A stretch of DNA of 64,000 nt from an uncultured bacterium. GTDB taxonomy: Bacteria > Fidelibacterota > Marinisomatia > Marinisomatales > UBA1611. Positions 11,101 to 22,229 of this stretch are shown one piece after another. The stretch is taken from NCBI GenBank assembly GCA_943788175.1, contig CALSPG010000003.1:83088-147087 (forward strand), read 5' to 3'. Numbering within the stretch: position 1 is the first letter of the stretch; the number at the start of each line of letters is the position of its first letter. A program made the translations under genes and the position numbers. The notes below the pieces were generated by a model. The model did not search any database and was not told the origin of the DNA. It saw nothing but the letters and a program-made list of their open reading frames with translations.

Positions 11101-12415
11101 TAGACATGCGAAGCTAACTATTACGCAAGGCGAGAAAGAATCAAAAGCTGTTTTTAATGTTCCCTATGGTGCAACAATGTTAGTCGAAGCTGGAGAAAAA
11201 ATAAAAGCTCAGACAACGATGTTTCAATGGGATCCCTATACTGATATTATTCTTGCTAGAGAGACTGGTTTGGTTAGTCTGAAAGATTTTGTTGAAGGTG
11301 AAACTTATTCTGTTGAGTCAGTAGAGACTGGGAAAAAGCAAATTGTTGTTATCGAGGCTCGGGATAGAAAGCTAAGTCCTCATTTGGAAATTGTAGATAA
11401 AAATGGTGAAATAGTAGCGGGTAGTACAATTCTCCCTGTGAAGGCGACGCTAGTTGTCAATGACAAAGAAGAAGTTGAGCGGGGGCAGACTTTGGTAAAA
11501 ATACCTAAAGATATAGGTAAAACTAGAGATATTACTGGTGGCTTGCCTCGAGTAGCTGAATTGTTTGAATCTAGAAAGCCCTCCAATCCGGCTGTGATGA
11601 CAGAAATTAATGGAACTGTTAAGTTTGGTGAAACGCGAAGAGGTATTAGAAAAATTCATGTTGTTGGCTCTGATGGAGATGACAGGTCATATTCTATTCC
11701 CTATGGTAAACATGTAATAGTTCATGAAGGTGATTTCATCAATGCTGGTTCTTCTTTATGTGAGGGTGCAATCTCTCCAAGTGACATACTTAGGGTTCTG
11801 GGTCCGTCTGCTGTAGTTGAATATCTAGTAAATGAAATCCAAGAAGTTTACAGGCTTCAAGGTGTAAAAATAAATGACAAGCATATCGAAATTATTGTAA
11901 ATCAGATGATGCAAAAAGTTAGTGTAAAAGAAATTGGTGACTCTAGGTTTCTTCAAGAAGATAGGATAAGTAAAAACGATTTTATGATAGAGAATGAAAG
12001 ATTATCCAAGATGGTCGTTGTTACGGTACCTGGCGATACTGGTTTAGATGAAGATGTGATGATTGAAAAATCAGAACTCAATGAGTTAAATAAAGAGGTT
12101 AAGGCTGAAGGAAAAGATGTCGCTAAATATCGGAAAACTATTCCTTCTACATTTGAACCAATACTGATGGGTATTACTAGGGCCTCTCTTAATACCGAAA
12201 GTTTTATCAGTGCCGCTTCTTTTCAAGAAACTACGAGGGTGTTAACAGATGCTGCCACTGCAGGTAAAACTGATTATTTATACGGTTTAAAAGAAAATGT
12301 AGCAGTTGGGAGAATAATTCCGGCTGGAACTGGCACTCCAAAAATAGCGGATGTTCTGGTTGGCGTGGATGGAGTTAACGATTCTTCGATGGATGTTGAT
12401 GATGCAGTTGCATAA
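8171..12415 (+). CDS. rpoC: RNA polymerase beta' subunit (TTG start)
   Basis: NADFDGDQM catalytic motif, zinc-finger cysteines, SFQETT. Confidence 0.99.
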   Translation: MTYIQSNNLDTSKSYSSITIGLASPESILARSYGEILKPETINYRSYKPEKDGLFCEKIFGPVKDYECHCGKYKGIRYRGIICDRCGVEVTRKKVRRERMGHITLAVPIVHIWYLRSIPSKLSYLAGRSTKELERVIYYEMYMVLDPADSGLKPFDLIEEEDYLDYEQKFGFSAVSEERRDNDDYFYAAMGGEAIKEMLARINIMELKKELEDIVKTSKSKQKRTDALKRLKVTYSFVPDPTKKRLNKPEWMIVSILPVIPPELRPLVPLEGGRFAASDLNDLYRRIIIRNNRLKQLMEIKAPDVILRNEKRMLQESVDALFDNSRRKTAIRSGSRRPLKSLSDMLRGKTGRFRQNLLGKRVDYSGRSVIVVGPQLKLQECGLPKNMALELFKPHMIRELMGRGYTQTPRSAKLMIENHEPVVYKVLEYVVKDHPVMLNRAPTLHRLGIQAFQPVLVEGKAIQLHPLVCSAFNADFDGDQMAVHVPLSLPAQMEARMLMLASHNILHPANGQPIAVPSQDMILGSYYLTKLKNGDLGEGKLFGSIDEVVLAHENRVVGMHAKISVKHKGVWIKDTTVGRAIFNSILPTEMDFIDALIDKKLLTEVVNQCYLVVGNYKTVIFLDDLKDLGFKMATLSGLSISISDVLIPGEKDNILAIAFDKVNDIKNKFDRHVLTEGERYNKVIDVWTHTTNHVAQVMEQELRKDNQGFNALSMMTDSGARGSKDQIKQLAGMRGLMAKPQKSMKGGVGEIIESPITSNFKEGLSVFEYFISTHGARKGLADTALKTADAGYLTRRLVDVAQDVVVYEEDCGTINGILISDLKEGEEIIEPIADRILGRTILDDFIDRGKVVVKAGSVLSEKEAELIGDSGVESVQIRSVLTCDTKRGICAKCYGWDLSLHKIVDIGTSVGIRAAQSIGEPGTQLTLRTFHIGGTASRVIEQSEMKNKRAGVVEFSDNYDYAITRDEAGLEVRRCMVRHAKLTITQGEKESKAVFNVPYGATMLVEAGEKIKAQTTMFQWDPYTDIILARETGLVSLKDFVEGETYSVESVETGKKQIVVIEARDRKLSPHLEIVDKNGEIVAGSTILPVKATLVVNDKEEVERGQTLVKIPKDIGKTRDITGGLPRVAELFESRKPSNPAVMTEINGTVKFGETRRGIRKIHVVGSDGDDRSYSIPYGKHVIVHEGDFINAGSSLCEGAISPSDILRVLGPSAVVEYLVNEIQEVYRLQGVKINDKHIEIIVNQMMQKVSVKEIGDSRFLQEDRISKNDFMIENERLSKMVVVTVPGDTGLDEDVMIEKSELNELNKEVKAEGKDVAKYRKTIPSTFEPILMGITRASLNTESFISAASFQETTRVLTDAATAGKTDYLYGLKENVAVGRIIPAGTGTPKIADVLVGVDGVNDSSMDVDDAVA

Positions 12416-12490
12416 TAATTAAAATTAGATGAAAATCATTGTTATGTATTCAAATATTAGATTAACTTACGAGGCTGTGGAGAAATATAT

Positions 12491-12868
12491 ATGCCAACAA
12501 TAAATCAATTAGTGCGAAAAGGTAGGAAGAGAATCTTGAAAAAGACCTCTACTCCTGCACTTATGAGTAATCCTCAAAAAAGGGGTGTTTGCACACGCGT
12601 ATATACTACGACACCAAAAAAACCAAATTCAGCATTACGAAAAGTTGCTAGGGTAAGACTTACAAATTCTACAGAAGTAACTGCGTACATTCCTGGCGAG
12701 GGCCATAATCTTCAAGAGCACTCAATTGTGTTGATTGAAGGTGGTCGTGTAAAGGATTTACCTGGTGTGCGTTATCACATTGTTAGGGGTACCTTGGATA
12801 CTGCTGGTGTTGACGATAGAAGGACTAGTCGCAGTAGATATGGTGCAAAAAAACCAAAAGCTAGTTAA
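12491..12868 (+). CDS. rpsL: 30S ribosomal protein S12
   Basis: [20 protein letters not shown]. Confidence 0.99.
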   Translation: MPTINQLVRKGRKRILKKTSTPALMSNPQKRGVCTRVYTTTPKKPNSALRKVARVRLTNSTEVTAYIPGEGHNLQEHSIVLIEGGRVKDLPGVRYHIVRGTLDTAGVDDRRTSRSRYGAKKPKAS

Positions 12869-12874
12869 AATATT

Positions 12875-13339
12875 ATGAGAAGAAGAAGACCAGAAAAAAG
12901 AACGATTTTGCCTGATACGAAGTATGATGATCTTTCTGTCGCAAAATTCATTAATTATATCATGGAAAGTGGAAAAAAAGGTGTAGCTGAAAAGATTTTT
13001 TATGGTGCTATGGATATTATTCAGAACAAGACTAAAACTGATGGTCTAAAGATATTTAAAAAAGGTATTGAGAATACTTCTCCAAGCGTAGAGGTTAAGT
13101 CAAGAAGAATTGGTGGCGCTACTTACCAAGTCCCAATTGAAGTGCCAAGAAAGAGGGGGTTTTATCTCGCTTCTCTCTGGATTATTAAGGCTTCAAATAA
13201 TTCATCTGGAAAGCCTATGGCTGATAAGCTGGCAAGTGAATTAATTGCTGCTGCTAATGGCGATGGTAACGCTATTAAAAAGAAAGAAGATGTTCACAGG
13301 ATGGCTGATGCAAATAAAGCATTCGCTCATTTTAGATAA
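12875..13339 (+). CDS. rpsG: 30S ribosomal protein S7
   Basis: EVKSRRIGGATYQVP, HRMADANKAFAH. Confidence 0.98.
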   Translation: MRRRRPEKRTILPDTKYDDLSVAKFINYIMESGKKGVAEKIFYGAMDIIQNKTKTDGLKIFKKGIENTSPSVEVKSRRIGGATYQVPIEVPRKRGFYLASLWIIKASNNSSGKPMADKLASELIAAANGDGNAIKKKEDVHRMADANKAFAHFR

Positions 13340-13359
13340 TTTAAGGTCTGGATTTTAAT

Positions 13360-15450
13360 TTGAAGAGCAATGATTTAAATAGTTTTAGGAATATCGGCAT
13401 TATGGCTCATATAGATGCTGGAAAAACCACCCTTACTGAAAGAATTTTGTATTACACTGGTGTTACGCACCGTATCGGTGAAGTTCACGATGGTGCTGCA
13501 ACAATGGATTGGATGGAGCAGGAGCAAGAAAGAGGTATTACCATTACTTCTGCTGCGACTACATGTAACTGGGATGATCATAGGATAAATATTATTGATA
13601 CGCCAGGGCACGTCGATTTCACTGTAGAGGTTGAGAGGTCCTTAAGAGTTTTGGATAGTGCTGTTGCAGTGTTCTGTGCTGTTGGCGGTGTTGAGCCTCA
13701 GAGTGAGACAGTATGGAGGCAGGCTGATAAATATGATGTCCCAAGAATTGCTTTTGTTAATAAAATGGATAGAGTAGGCGCAGATTTCTTCAATGTTATG
13801 GAAATGGTTAAGGATAGGCTTGGAGCGAATCCTCTTCCGGTTGTTATTCCAATTGGTACTGGTGAGACCTTTACCGGTATTATTGATCTTATTTCTATGA
13901 AAGCTATTTTGTACAACGAATCTACGATGGGTTCTAGATTTGAAGAAGCTGATATACCTTCTGATATGGTTGAGGTTGCAGATAAATGGAGAAAGCATTT
14001 GATTGAGGAAACGGCCTCTTATGATGAAAATCTCTTAGAAAAGTTCGTTTCTGATGAAGATATTTCTGCTGATGAGTTAAAGGCAGCGATAAGAAAGGGC
14101 TGTTTAGATAATACTTTTATCCCGATGTTTTGTGGTTCTGCTTTTAAGAATAAGGGAGTTCAAAGACTTCTAGATGCTGTAGTTGACTTCTTACCTTCTC
14201 CTGTTGATATTGGTGAAGTTGTAGGTACCGACCCTAGGGATTCTGACCTTGAATTGAAGAGGCAGCCTGATGTAGATGCTCCCTTTAGTGCATTGGCCTT
14301 TAAAATAATGACTGATCCTTATGTTGGCAAATTAACCTACATGCGTGTTTATTCAGGTAGCTTAGATGCGGGTTCTTATGTCTATAATGCTAATAATGGT
14401 AAAAAAGAAAGAATTAGTAGGGTGCTTTTAATGCATTCAAATAAAAGAGAAGACCGTGACGGGGTTGTTGCTGGAGAGATAGTAGCTGCCGTCGGTTTAA
14501 AAAATGTAAAAACCGGTAATACTCTATGTAATCAATCTGATCAGATTGTTCTAGAGTCAATGGATTTTCCAGAGCCTGTTGTTGCTGTTTCTGTCGAGCC
14601 TGTTAGTAAGGCTGATCAAGATTCACTGTCAAAATCTTTGGCTAAATTGGGTGAAGAGGATCCCACCTTTAGAGTTTCAACTGATGAGGAAACTGGGCAA
14701 ACTATTATAGCTGGTATGGGTGAGCTTCATCTTGAGATTTTGGTTGATAGATTAAAAAGAGAATTTAAGGTTAAGGCTAACATTGGTAAGCCTATCGTAG
14801 CTTACAGAGAGTCTATTACTGAGGCTATTAGTGATGTCGAAACAAAATTTGTCCGCCAGTCTGGTGGTAAGGGTCAATATGGTCATGTCGTTATTAACGT
14901 GGAGCCTAACGAACCTGGTAAAGGGTATCATTTTGAAAATAAAATTACGGGTGGTGTTATTCCTCGAGAATATATTCCCTCAGTTGATAAAGGTATGCAA
15001 GAGGCGCTGAAAAATGGTGTTATTGCTGGATATCCTATTGAAGATATTAGAGTTGAGCTCATATTTGGTTCTTATCATGATGTAGACTCTTCGGAAATGG
15101 CATTTAAAATTGCCGGTTCTATGGCAATTCAATCAGCTTGTAAAAAAGCTAGTCCTAAGTTAATGGAACCAATTATGGCTGTAGAGGTAATCACGCCAGA
15201 TGAGTACTTAGGAGATGTTATGGGAGATATTAGTTCTAGGCGCGGTAAAATTGATGGTATGAGCCAAAGAAATGAGGCTCAGGTAATTAAAGCTAATGTT
15301 CCATTGAGTAATATGTTTGGTTATGTAACTGATTTGAGATCTGTTACTCAAGGTAGAGCGGTCTTTCACATGCAGTTTGCGCACTACAGTATTGTGCCTT
15401 CTTCTGTAGAAGCTGAAATTATGGAAAGAGTTCATGGCAAAGCCGTTTGA
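13360..15450 (+). CDS. fusA: Elongation factor G (TTG start)
   Basis: [33 protein letters not shown]. Confidence 0.99.
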   Translation: MKSNDLNSFRNIGIMAHIDAGKTTLTERILYYTGVTHRIGEVHDGAATMDWMEQEQERGITITSAATTCNWDDHRINIIDTPGHVDFTVEVERSLRVLDSAVAVFCAVGGVEPQSETVWRQADKYDVPRIAFVNKMDRVGADFFNVMEMVKDRLGANPLPVVIPIGTGETFTGIIDLISMKAILYNESTMGSRFEEADIPSDMVEVADKWRKHLIEETASYDENLLEKFVSDEDISADELKAAIRKGCLDNTFIPMFCGSAFKNKGVQRLLDAVVDFLPSPVDIGEVVGTDPRDSDLELKRQPDVDAPFSALAFKIMTDPYVGKLTYMRVYSGSLDAGSYVYNANNGKKERISRVLLMHSNKREDRDGVVAGEIVAAVGLKNVKTGNTLCNQSDQIVLESMDFPEPVVAVSVEPVSKADQDSLSKSLAKLGEEDPTFRVSTDEETGQTIIAGMGELHLEILVDRLKREFKVKANIGKPIVAYRESITEAISDVETKFVRQSGGKGQYGHVVINVEPNEPGKGYHFENKITGGVIPREYIPSVDKGMQEALKNGVIAGYPIEDIRVELIFGSYHDVDSSEMAFKIAGSMAIQSACKKASPKLMEPIMAVEVITPDEYLGDVMGDISSRRGKIDGMSQRNEAQVIKANVPLSNMFGYVTDLRSVTQGRAVFHMQFAHYSIVPSSVEAEIMERVHGKAV

Positions 15451-16682
15451 TTTTTTTAAATAAGGAGTAAAGTAACAATGTCAAAAGCAAAATTTGAAAG
15501 AACAAAACCCCATGTAAACATTGGGACTATTGGTCACGTTGATCATGGTAAAACAACGCTTACTGCTGCTATTACAATGCACCAAGGCGCTCATGGTTTA
15601 GCCGAGGTTCGTTCTTTTGATAGTATTGATAATGCTCCTGAAGAAAGAGAGCGTGGTATTACGATTCAGACTGCTCATGTAGAATATGAGACTGAGAACC
15701 GTCACTATGCTCATGTTGATTGTCCTGGTCACGCTGATTATATTAAAAATATGATTACCGGCGCAGCGCAAATGGATGGTGGTATTTTAGTTGTATCTGC
15801 TGCTGATGGTCCAATGCCTCAGACTAGAGAGCACGTTTTATTAGCGAGGCAGGTAAATGTTCCAAGTCTTGTTGTATTTATGAATAAGGTTGATCAAGTA
15901 GATGACCCTGAGCTTTTAGAACTTGTTGAGATGGAATTGCGTGATCTTCTTAATGAGTACGAATTTCCTGGCGATGACACTCCTATTATTATGGGTAGTG
16001 CGCTCAATGCCTTGAACGATTCAAATGATGAAGTTGCTAACAAGTGCATTGTTGAATTGATGGACGCTTGTGATAACTTTATTCCTGAGCCAAAAAGAGA
16101 CATTGACAAGCCTTTTCTTATGCCTGTTGAGGATGTTTTTAGTATTACTGGTCGTGGTACTGTCGGTACTGGTCGCATTGAAAGAGGAATCATTAAAGTT
16201 GGTGATGAGATAGAAGTCGTCGGTATGGGTACTCTAACGAAGACAACTGTTACAGGTGTTGAAATGTTTCGTAAGTTATTAGATCAAGGTCAGGCTGGAG
16301 ATAACGCCGGGCTCTTACTGCGCGGTATTGATAAAGAAGATTTAAGTAGGGGGCAAGTATTGGCCCTGCCTGGCAGTATTACTCCACACACGAAGTTTAA
16401 AGCGAGTGTTTACATTTTGAAAAAAGAAGAGGGTGGTCGTCATACTCCGTTTTTTAATGGTTATAGACCGCAGTTCTATTTTAGGACAACAGATGTAACG
16501 GGAGTGGTTACATTGCCAGAAGGTACTGAAATGGTTATGCCTGGTGACAATGTAGAATTTGAAGTTTCATTAATTACATCAGTAGCGATGGATAAAGAAC
16601 TTAGGTTCGCCATTCGTGAAGGTGGGCATACTGTTGGTGCAGGTGTCGTAACAGAGATTGTTGAGTAGGGTATAATATGGCT
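15445..16682 (+). repeat. Direct repeat copy 2 of tuf plus flanks (partner 23-1260)
   Basis: Includes the last codon and stop of fusA and the first two codons of rpsJ. Confidence 0.93.
15478..16668 (+). CDS. tuf: Elongation factor Tu (copy 2)
   Basis: Protein identical to copy 1 except D193E. Confidence 0.99.
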   Translation: MSKAKFERTKPHVNIGTIGHVDHGKTTLTAAITMHQGAHGLAEVRSFDSIDNAPEERERGITIQTAHVEYETENRHYAHVDCPGHADYIKNMITGAAQMDGGILVVSAADGPMPQTREHVLLARQVNVPSLVVFMNKVDQVDDPELLELVEMELRDLLNEYEFPGDDTPIIMGSALNALNDSNDEVANKCIVELMDACDNFIPEPKRDIDKPFLMPVEDVFSITGRGTVGTGRIERGIIKVGDEIEVVGMGTLTKTTVTGVEMFRKLLDQGQAGDNAGLLLRGIDKEDLSRGQVLALPGSITPHTKFKASVYILKKEEGGRHTPFFNGYRPQFYFRTTDVTGVVTLPEGTEMVMPGDNVEFEVSLITSVAMDKELRFAIREGGHTVGAGVVTEIVE

Positions 16683-16985
16683 AACCAGTCAATAAGAATA
16701 AGTTTAAGAGCGTATGACCATATTTTGCTAGATAAGTCTACAGATAAAATTGTAAAAACAGCCAAGTCTACAGGTGCTATCATATCTGGTCCTATTCCTC
16801 TTCCTACTAAGCGTTCTATTTATACAGTTCTTCGTTCGCCTCATGTAGACAAAAAATCCAGAGAGCAATTTCAGACAAAAATTCATAAAAGAATGATTGA
16901 TATAATTAATTCTACGCCAAAGACTGTTGAGTCTCTTATGAAGTTAGATCTTCCTGCTGGTGTTGATATTGAGATAAAGGTTTAG
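16677..16985 (+). CDS. rpsJ: 30S ribosomal protein S10
   Basis: [20 protein letters not shown]. Confidence 0.99.
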   Translation: MANQSIRISLRAYDHILLDKSTDKIVKTAKSTGAIISGPIPLPTKRSIYTVLRSPHVDKKSREQFQTKIHKRMIDIINSTPKTVESLMKLDLPAGVDIEIKV

Positions 16986-16991
16986 CTGTTT

Positions 16992-17609
16992 ATGCGAGGA
17001 TTAATAGGAAAAAAAATTGGTATGACAAGGGTCTTCAATTCAGGCGGCCGTGCAATTCCAGTCACTGTTTTGGAAGTTGGTCCTTGTTATGTTACGCAGG
17101 TAAAAACCATTGAAAATGATGGTTATGATTCTGTTCAAATTGGTTATATTGAAGCAAAGAGTAAGCATGTGAACAAACCTAGTGCGGGGCATTTTTTAAA
17201 AAACAATGTAAAGCCAACTAAGGTTCTAGCTGAATTTCAAAAAGTTCCAAAGTTTGACTATAAACCTGGGCAAGTATTTAATGTGAGCCTCTTCAATGAG
17301 GGAGATTTTGTCAGTGTATCTGGTAAGTCGAAAGGTCATGGGTTTTCAGGTACTGTTAAGAAGTATAATTTTAGTACTCAAAGAAAGACTCATGGTCAGG
17401 GAGATACATATAGACATGTAGGTTCGATTGGTAATGCCTCTGACCCTTCGCGTGTATTCCCCGGGAAAAAAATGCCAGGTAGGTATGGTAATAAAACTGT
17501 GAGTGTTAAATCTCTTGAAGTTATTAAAGTAAATGAGCTAAAAAACCAATTGTTAGTTAAAGGTAGTGTACCTGGGTCAACTAACGGCATCGTTGTTATT
17601 ACGAGATAA
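16992..17609 (+). CDS. rplC: 50S ribosomal protein L3
   Basis: GKKIGMT, SKGHGF.G, VKGSVPG. Confidence 0.98.
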   Translation: MRGLIGKKIGMTRVFNSGGRAIPVTVLEVGPCYVTQVKTIENDGYDSVQIGYIEAKSKHVNKPSAGHFLKNNVKPTKVLAEFQKVPKFDYKPGQVFNVSLFNEGDFVSVSGKSKGHGFSGTVKKYNFSTQRKTHGQGDTYRHVGSIGNASDPSRVFPGKKMPGRYGNKTVSVKSLEVIKVNELKNQLLVKGSVPGSTNGIVVITR

Positions 17610-17611
17610 AT

Positions 17612-18235
17612 ATGAAAATAGAAGTACATAATAATTCAGGTAAAGTTGTTGATAGTATTGATATTGACAATAATGTTTTTGATGTTGAATTGAATCCATC
17701 TGTGATAAGGCAAGCTGTTCTTGCAGAGTTGACTAACTTAAGACAAGGCACTCATAGTACTAAAAATCGTTCTGCTGTCAGGGGCGGTGGTAAAAAGCCG
17801 TTTAAGCAGAAGGGTCGTGGTGTTGCTAGGGCTGGCACCATTCGTTCTCCATTATGGAAAGGTGGTGGTGTTGTTTTCGGTCCTGAACCTCATGGATATA
17901 GTCATAAAATGCCAAAAAAAATGAGCAAATTGGCCCGTAAATCAGTGATTTCAAAAAGAATAAAAGATGGTGAAGTTGTGATTTTAGATATCATTGATAT
18001 AGAATCTAAAAAAACTTCTAATTTTATATCTTTTTTAAAAGATATAAAGGTTAATCAAAAAAAGACCTTAATTTTAGTGGACTCATTCCAAGAAAATTTA
18101 GTTTTAGCTTCAAGAAATATTCGAAATGTTTTCATTGAAAATGCTAGAAGTGTAAGTGTTTATGACCTGCTTGACTCAGAGATTATTTTAATCGACAAAG
18201 TGGGTGTTAAAATCTTATCGGAGGTTCTAGCTTAG
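17612..18235 (+). CDS. rplD: 50S ribosomal protein L4
   Basis: RQGTHSTK, KPFKQKG.G.ARAG. Confidence 0.98.
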   Translation: MKIEVHNNSGKVVDSIDIDNNVFDVELNPSVIRQAVLAELTNLRQGTHSTKNRSAVRGGGKKPFKQKGRGVARAGTIRSPLWKGGGVVFGPEPHGYSHKMPKKMSKLARKSVISKRIKDGEVVILDIIDIESKKTSNFISFLKDIKVNQKKTLILVDSFQENLVLASRNIRNVFIENARSVSVYDLLDSEIILIDKVGVKILSEVLA

Positions 18236-18239
18236 TATT

Positions 18240-18557
18240 ATGTATCAAAAAATAATTATTCGTCCAATATTAACAGAAAAAATGGCAATAATGCAGGAGC
18301 GTCAAAATAAATATGCTTTTATAGTTTCTGCGGACTCTAACAAAATTCAAATCAAATCTGCCGTTGAAAGTAAGTTCGATGTTTCTGTGTCAAAAGTTGC
18401 TACTATGAACATAGACGGCAAGCTAAAGCAGATGACTACTCGAAGCAACGGAAAATCTATTAGAACTCAAGGAAAGAGGTCTAGCTATAAAAAAGCAATT
18501 GTTACTCTTATTGATGGTGATGCAATTGATTATGTGAACAGTGGAGCAGAGGACTAG
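18240..18557 (+). CDS. rplW: 50S ribosomal protein L23
   Basis: RPILTEK, KKAIVTL. Confidence 0.97.
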   Translation: MYQKIIIRPILTEKMAIMQERQNKYAFIVSADSNKIQIKSAVESKFDVSVSKVATMNIDGKLKQMTTRSNGKSIRTQGKRSSYKKAIVTLIDGDAIDYVNSGAED

Positions 18558-18558
18558 G

Positions 18559-19383
18559 ATGGGTGTAAGAAATTTAAAACCAGTTACGCCAGGAAGTAGA
18601 TTTGCTTCGAGAGCTGATTTTTCTGAACTAACTACAGATAAACCAGAAAAGTCCCTTACTGTTGCGCTTAGAAAAAAAGGTGGTAGGAACAATACTGGCA
18701 GAATTACTGTTCGTAGAAGAGGTGGTGGTCATAGAAGAAGATACAGAATTGTAGATTACAAGAGAGATAAATTTGATGTGAAAGGTAAAGTAGCTACTAT
18801 TGAATATGATCCGAATAGGTCTGCTTATATTTCGCTAATTCATTATGAAGATGGGGAAAAAAGATATATCATTGCTCCTTCAGATCTTCCTGTTGGCTCT
18901 CACATTGTTTCTGGAGAAAAAGTTCCTTTAAAAGTTGGTAACGCTTTAAAATTATTTAATATTCCTACAGGTCTTCTGGTTCATAATGTTGAAATGATAC
19001 CTGGTAAAGGTGGTCAAATGGTTCGCTCTGCTGGCGGATATGCTCAAATAATGGCCCATGACAATGGTTTTACTACTCTTAAGCTCCCCTCTGGGGAAAT
19101 CCGTCTTGTTTCGGAGAAGTGCATGGCAACTATTGGACAAGTCGGTAATAGGACATTTGAACAAATTGTTTCTGGTAAAGCCGGTCGCTCTCGTTGGCTT
19201 GGTAAACGTCCGAAAGTAAGAGGCGTTGTTATGAACCCTGTTGATCATCCGCATGGTGGCGGTGAAGGTAAAACTTCAGGTGGTCGTCATCCTGTTACTC
19301 CTTGGGGTAAGCCAACAAAAGGATTTAAGACTAGAAAGAAAAACAAAAAATCAAATAGTATGATAATCAAGAGGCGTAAATAG
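18559..19383 (+). CDS. rplB: 50S ribosomal protein L2
   Basis: [21 protein letters not shown]; start moved to ATG 18559. Confidence 0.98.
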   Translation: MGVRNLKPVTPGSRFASRADFSELTTDKPEKSLTVALRKKGGRNNTGRITVRRRGGGHRRRYRIVDYKRDKFDVKGKVATIEYDPNRSAYISLIHYEDGEKRYIIAPSDLPVGSHIVSGEKVPLKVGNALKLFNIPTGLLVHNVEMIPGKGGQMVRSAGGYAQIMAHDNGFTTLKLPSGEIRLVSEKCMATIGQVGNRTFEQIVSGKAGRSRWLGKRPKVRGVVMNPVDHPHGGGEGKTSGGRHPVTPWGKPTKGFKTRKKNKKSNSMIIKRRK

Positions 19384-19385
19384 CG

Positions 19386-19652
19386 ATGGCTAGATCATTA
19401 AAAAAGGGTCCATTTGTTGATCAAAAACTAATGGGAAAAGTTTTGAAGAATAATGAGAACGGTAAGAAGACTGTTATTAAAACCTGGTCTCGTAGATCAA
19501 TGATAATTCCTGATTTTGTTGGGCATACTTTTGCTGTACATAATGGTAATAAGTTTATTCCTGTTTTCGTTTCTGAAAATATGGTTGGGCATAAATTAGG
19601 TGAGTTTTCTCCCACAAGGACATTTAGAATGCACTCTGGTGATAGGAAATAA
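19386..19652 (+). CDS. rpsS: 30S ribosomal protein S19
   Basis: [17 protein letters not shown]. Confidence 0.99.
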   Translation: MARSLKKGPFVDQKLMGKVLKNNENGKKTVIKTWSRRSMIIPDFVGHTFAVHNGNKFIPVFVSENMVGHKLGEFSPTRTFRMHSGDRK

Positions 19653-19657
19653 GTATT

Positions 19658-19999
19658 ATGGAAGCTAGAGCTACACTAAGGTATAATCGCCAGTCTCCTC
19701 GGAAGGTTAGAAAAGTATTAAATCAAGTACGTGGATTTAATGTTGGTAATGCGATAAATTATCTTCATTTTTCATCTGAAAAAGCTTCGGTTGCTATTGA
19801 AAAGACTATTCGATCTGCAGTAGCGAACTTGTTACAATTAGATGGAAATAATGATATTGATACAGACCTTATTAGGATTAAAGAAGCGTATGTGAATCAA
19901 GGCCCTGTCATGAAACGTTTTCGTGCTGCATCAATGGGGAGAGCATCTAAACTTCGTAGGCCTTCTAGTCACTTAACTATAATTTTAACTACAGAATAG
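19658..19999 (+). CDS. rplV: 50S ribosomal protein L22
   Basis: SPRKVR, SAVAN, SHLTI. Confidence 0.97.
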   Translation: MEARATLRYNRQSPRKVRKVLNQVRGFNVGNAINYLHFSSEKASVAIEKTIRSAVANLLQLDGNNDIDTDLIRIKEAYVNQGPVMKRFRAASMGRASKLRRPSSHLTIILTTE

Positions 20000-20015
20000 T
20001 CAACGAGGAAAAGAA

Positions 20016-20636
20016 TTGGGACAAAAAACACATCCAGTAGGTTTTAGATTAAATGTAAACAAAGGTTGGAAATCAACCTGGTTTGCTGATAAAAATAATT
20101 TTTCAGAGCCGTTAGAAGAAGATGTTAAAATTCGTAATTATATCTCTTACAGGCTTCCAAACGCTGGTATATCCAGTGTGGAGATAAATAGAACATCAAA
20201 AAAAGTTTCAGTTACTATTCATACTGCTAGACCTGGTATTGTGATTGGTCGAGGTGGCGAAGAAGTTAATAAACTAAAAAAAGAGCTTAGGCAATTAACT
20301 AATAAAAAAGATGCTCAAATTAATATTTCAGAGGTTAAAAGGCCTGAGCTAGATGCTGCTCTAGTTGGTTCAAATATAGGCCAACAGCTCAAAAAGAAAA
20401 TCTCTTATCGCAGAGTTATTAATAAATCAATGCAGGCGACTATGCGAATGGGTGCTAATGGTATTAGAATCAATGTTGCTGGTAGGCTCGGTGGTGTTGA
20501 AATTGCTAGAAGCGAAAAATATTCTGATGGTAGTGTTCCTTTGCATACTTTGAGAGCAAATATAGATTATGCTCTCACTGAAGTTCATACAGCATACGGA
20601 ATAATCGGTGTAAAAGTCTGGATTTGTAAACCTTAA
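20016..20636 (+). CDS. rpsC: 30S ribosomal protein S3 (TTG start)
   Basis: GQKTHP.GFR, RPGIVIG, PLHTLRA.IDY. Confidence 0.98.
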   Translation: MGQKTHPVGFRLNVNKGWKSTWFADKNNFSEPLEEDVKIRNYISYRLPNAGISSVEINRTSKKVSVTIHTARPGIVIGRGGEEVNKLKKELRQLTNKKDAQINISEVKRPELDAALVGSNIGQQLKKKISYRRVINKSMQATMRMGANGIRINVAGRLGGVEIARSEKYSDGSVPLHTLRANIDYALTEVHTAYGIIGVKVWICKP

Positions 20637-20650
20637 AAAATAATTAGATT

Positions 20651-21064
20651 ATGCTTGAACCAAAAAAAATAAAATATAGACGCCATCATCGTGGTAACAG
20701 GCGTGGAATGTCTGCACGTGGTAATCATGTTGCCTTTGGAACCTACGGACTTAAAGCGCTAGAAGCTGGTTGGGTTACAGCCAGACAAATTGAAGCGTCT
20801 CGTATTGTGATTTCTAGAATAGTTCGAAAAGTTGGTAAAATGTGGATTCGCATATTTCCTGATAAGCCTATTACTGCTAAGCCTGCGGAAACTAGGATGG
20901 GTAAGGGAAAAGGCTCTCTTGATCATTGGGTTTCTGTAGTTAAGCCTGGAAGAATTCTCTTTGAAATAGAGGGTATTGATAAGGAAATGGCTGAGGAAGC
21001 ATTTAGGAATGCTGGTCACAAACTGCCTATCAAGACAAAATTAGTTGAAAGGAGGCCAATGTAA
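20651..21064 (+). CDS. rplP: 50S ribosomal protein L16
   Basis: [16 protein letters not shown]. Confidence 0.98.
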   Translation: MLEPKKIKYRRHHRGNRRGMSARGNHVAFGTYGLKALEAGWVTARQIEASRIVISRIVRKVGKMWIRIFPDKPITAKPAETRMGKGKGSLDHWVSVVKPGRILFEIEGIDKEMAEEAFRNAGHKLPIKTKLVERRPM

Positions 21065-21265
21065 ATGGCTGAAAAACAAAAATTGCTTAGCTCATTAAAA
21101 GATCTTAATTCTAGCCTAGTTGACTATCAAGAATCTTTGCAAAATTTAATATTTCAAAAAACTATGCAACAGTTAGAGGATTTGTCTCAAATTAAAAAAA
21201 CTAGAAAAAAGATTGCAAGAATAAAGACTCTTTTAAATGAGAATCTTTTATCGAATAACAACTAA
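21065..21265 (+). CDS. rpmC: 50S ribosomal protein L29
   Basis: RKKIARIKT motif; synteny. Confidence 0.92.
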   Translation: MAEKQKLLSSLKDLNSSLVDYQESLQNLIFQKTMQQLEDLSQIKKTRKKIARIKTLLNENLLSNNN

Positions 21266-21278
21266 ACAACGATATAAT

Positions 21279-21545
21279 ATGATTGAAAATAAAAGTATAC
21301 AAAGTCTCATAGGAAAAGTAGTATCTACAAAAATGGATAGTACTGTCAGTGTAGAGGTTACTAGGGTCGTTGCTCACCCTGTTTATCAAAAAAGAATTAA
21401 GAAGCATAAAAAATTCTTATCTCATGTTGCTAAAGTGGTCCCTAAAGAAGGCGATGTGGTGAAAATAGTATCCACAAAACCGATTAGTAAGAATAAAAGG
21501 TGGCGTGTAAGTGAAATCATACAAGAATCAAAAAAATTAGGTTAA
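21279..21545 (+). CDS. rpsQ: 30S ribosomal protein S17
   Basis: GKVVS.KMD, HPVY.K, PISKNKRW; start moved to ATG 21279. Confidence 0.96.
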   Translation: MIENKSIQSLIGKVVSTKMDSTVSVEVTRVVAHPVYQKRIKKHKKFLSHVAKVVPKEGDVVKIVSTKPISKNKRWRVSEIIQESKKLG

Positions 21546-21548
21546 AAA

Positions 21549-21917
21549 TTGATACAACAAGAAACTAGATTAAAAGTAGCCGATAATACTGGAGCGAAGG
21601 AAGTTTTATGTTTTAAAGTTTTAGGCGGTTCTGGTCGCAAGTACGCTAGTGTAGGTGACCAAATTGTCATAACTGTTAAGAAGGCTATTCCTGGTGGTAT
21701 GGTTAGTAAGGGAGAAGTCCATCGTGCTGTTGTTGTTAGGACAAAAAAAGAGTACGGTCGCAATGATGGGAGTGTGATTAGGTTTGATGAAAATGCTGCT
21801 GTTTTGCTCAACTCTCAGGGAGAGCCAAGAGGAACAAGAATTTTTGGCCCTGTCGGTAGGGAATTGCGTGATTCTGGTTTTATGAGGATTATATCATTAG
21901 CACCGGAGGTTTTATAA
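21549..21917 (+). CDS. rplN: 50S ribosomal protein L14 (TTG start)
   Basis: [23 protein letters not shown]. Confidence 0.99.
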   Translation: MIQQETRLKVADNTGAKEVLCFKVLGGSGRKYASVGDQIVITVKKAIPGGMVSKGEVHRAVVVRTKKEYGRNDGSVIRFDENAAVLLNSQGEPRGTRIFGPVGRELRDSGFMRIISLAPEVL

Positions 21918-22229
21918 ATGTTGATTAAAAAAGGTATGAAAGTCCGCGTTATCAGTGGTGCTCATAAAGGTTCAGAGGGTAAAGTTTTATTTACCTCTCC
22001 CAAAAAACAAAGAATTATCGTTGAAGGTGTTAATTTTATCAAAAAATCAACTAGGCCGTCTCAAGAAAATCCAAATGGTGGATTAGTGGAAAAAGAGGCT
22101 GCCCTGCACGTATCCAATGTTATGGTTGTTCAAGGGGGTACGGTTTCTAGACTGGGTTATAAATTTTTAGATGATGGTTCTAAAGTTAGGGTCATTAAAA
22201 AAACTAATGAAGAATCTGAGATACAATGA
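21918..22229 (+). CDS. rplX: 50S ribosomal protein L24
   Basis: KOW VISG..KG, VEGVN, EAALHVSNV. Confidence 0.97.
   Translation: MLIKKGMKVRVISGAHKGSEGKVLFTSPKKQRIIVEGVNFIKKSTRPSQENPNGGLVEKEAALHVSNVMVVQGGTVSRLGYKFLDDGSKVRVIKKTNEESEIQ

Noticed and set aside
12416-12490. Possible rpsL promoter (TTGTTA...TAACTT)
   Set aside because: Weak match with an 18-nt spacer in AT-rich DNA; not supportable alone
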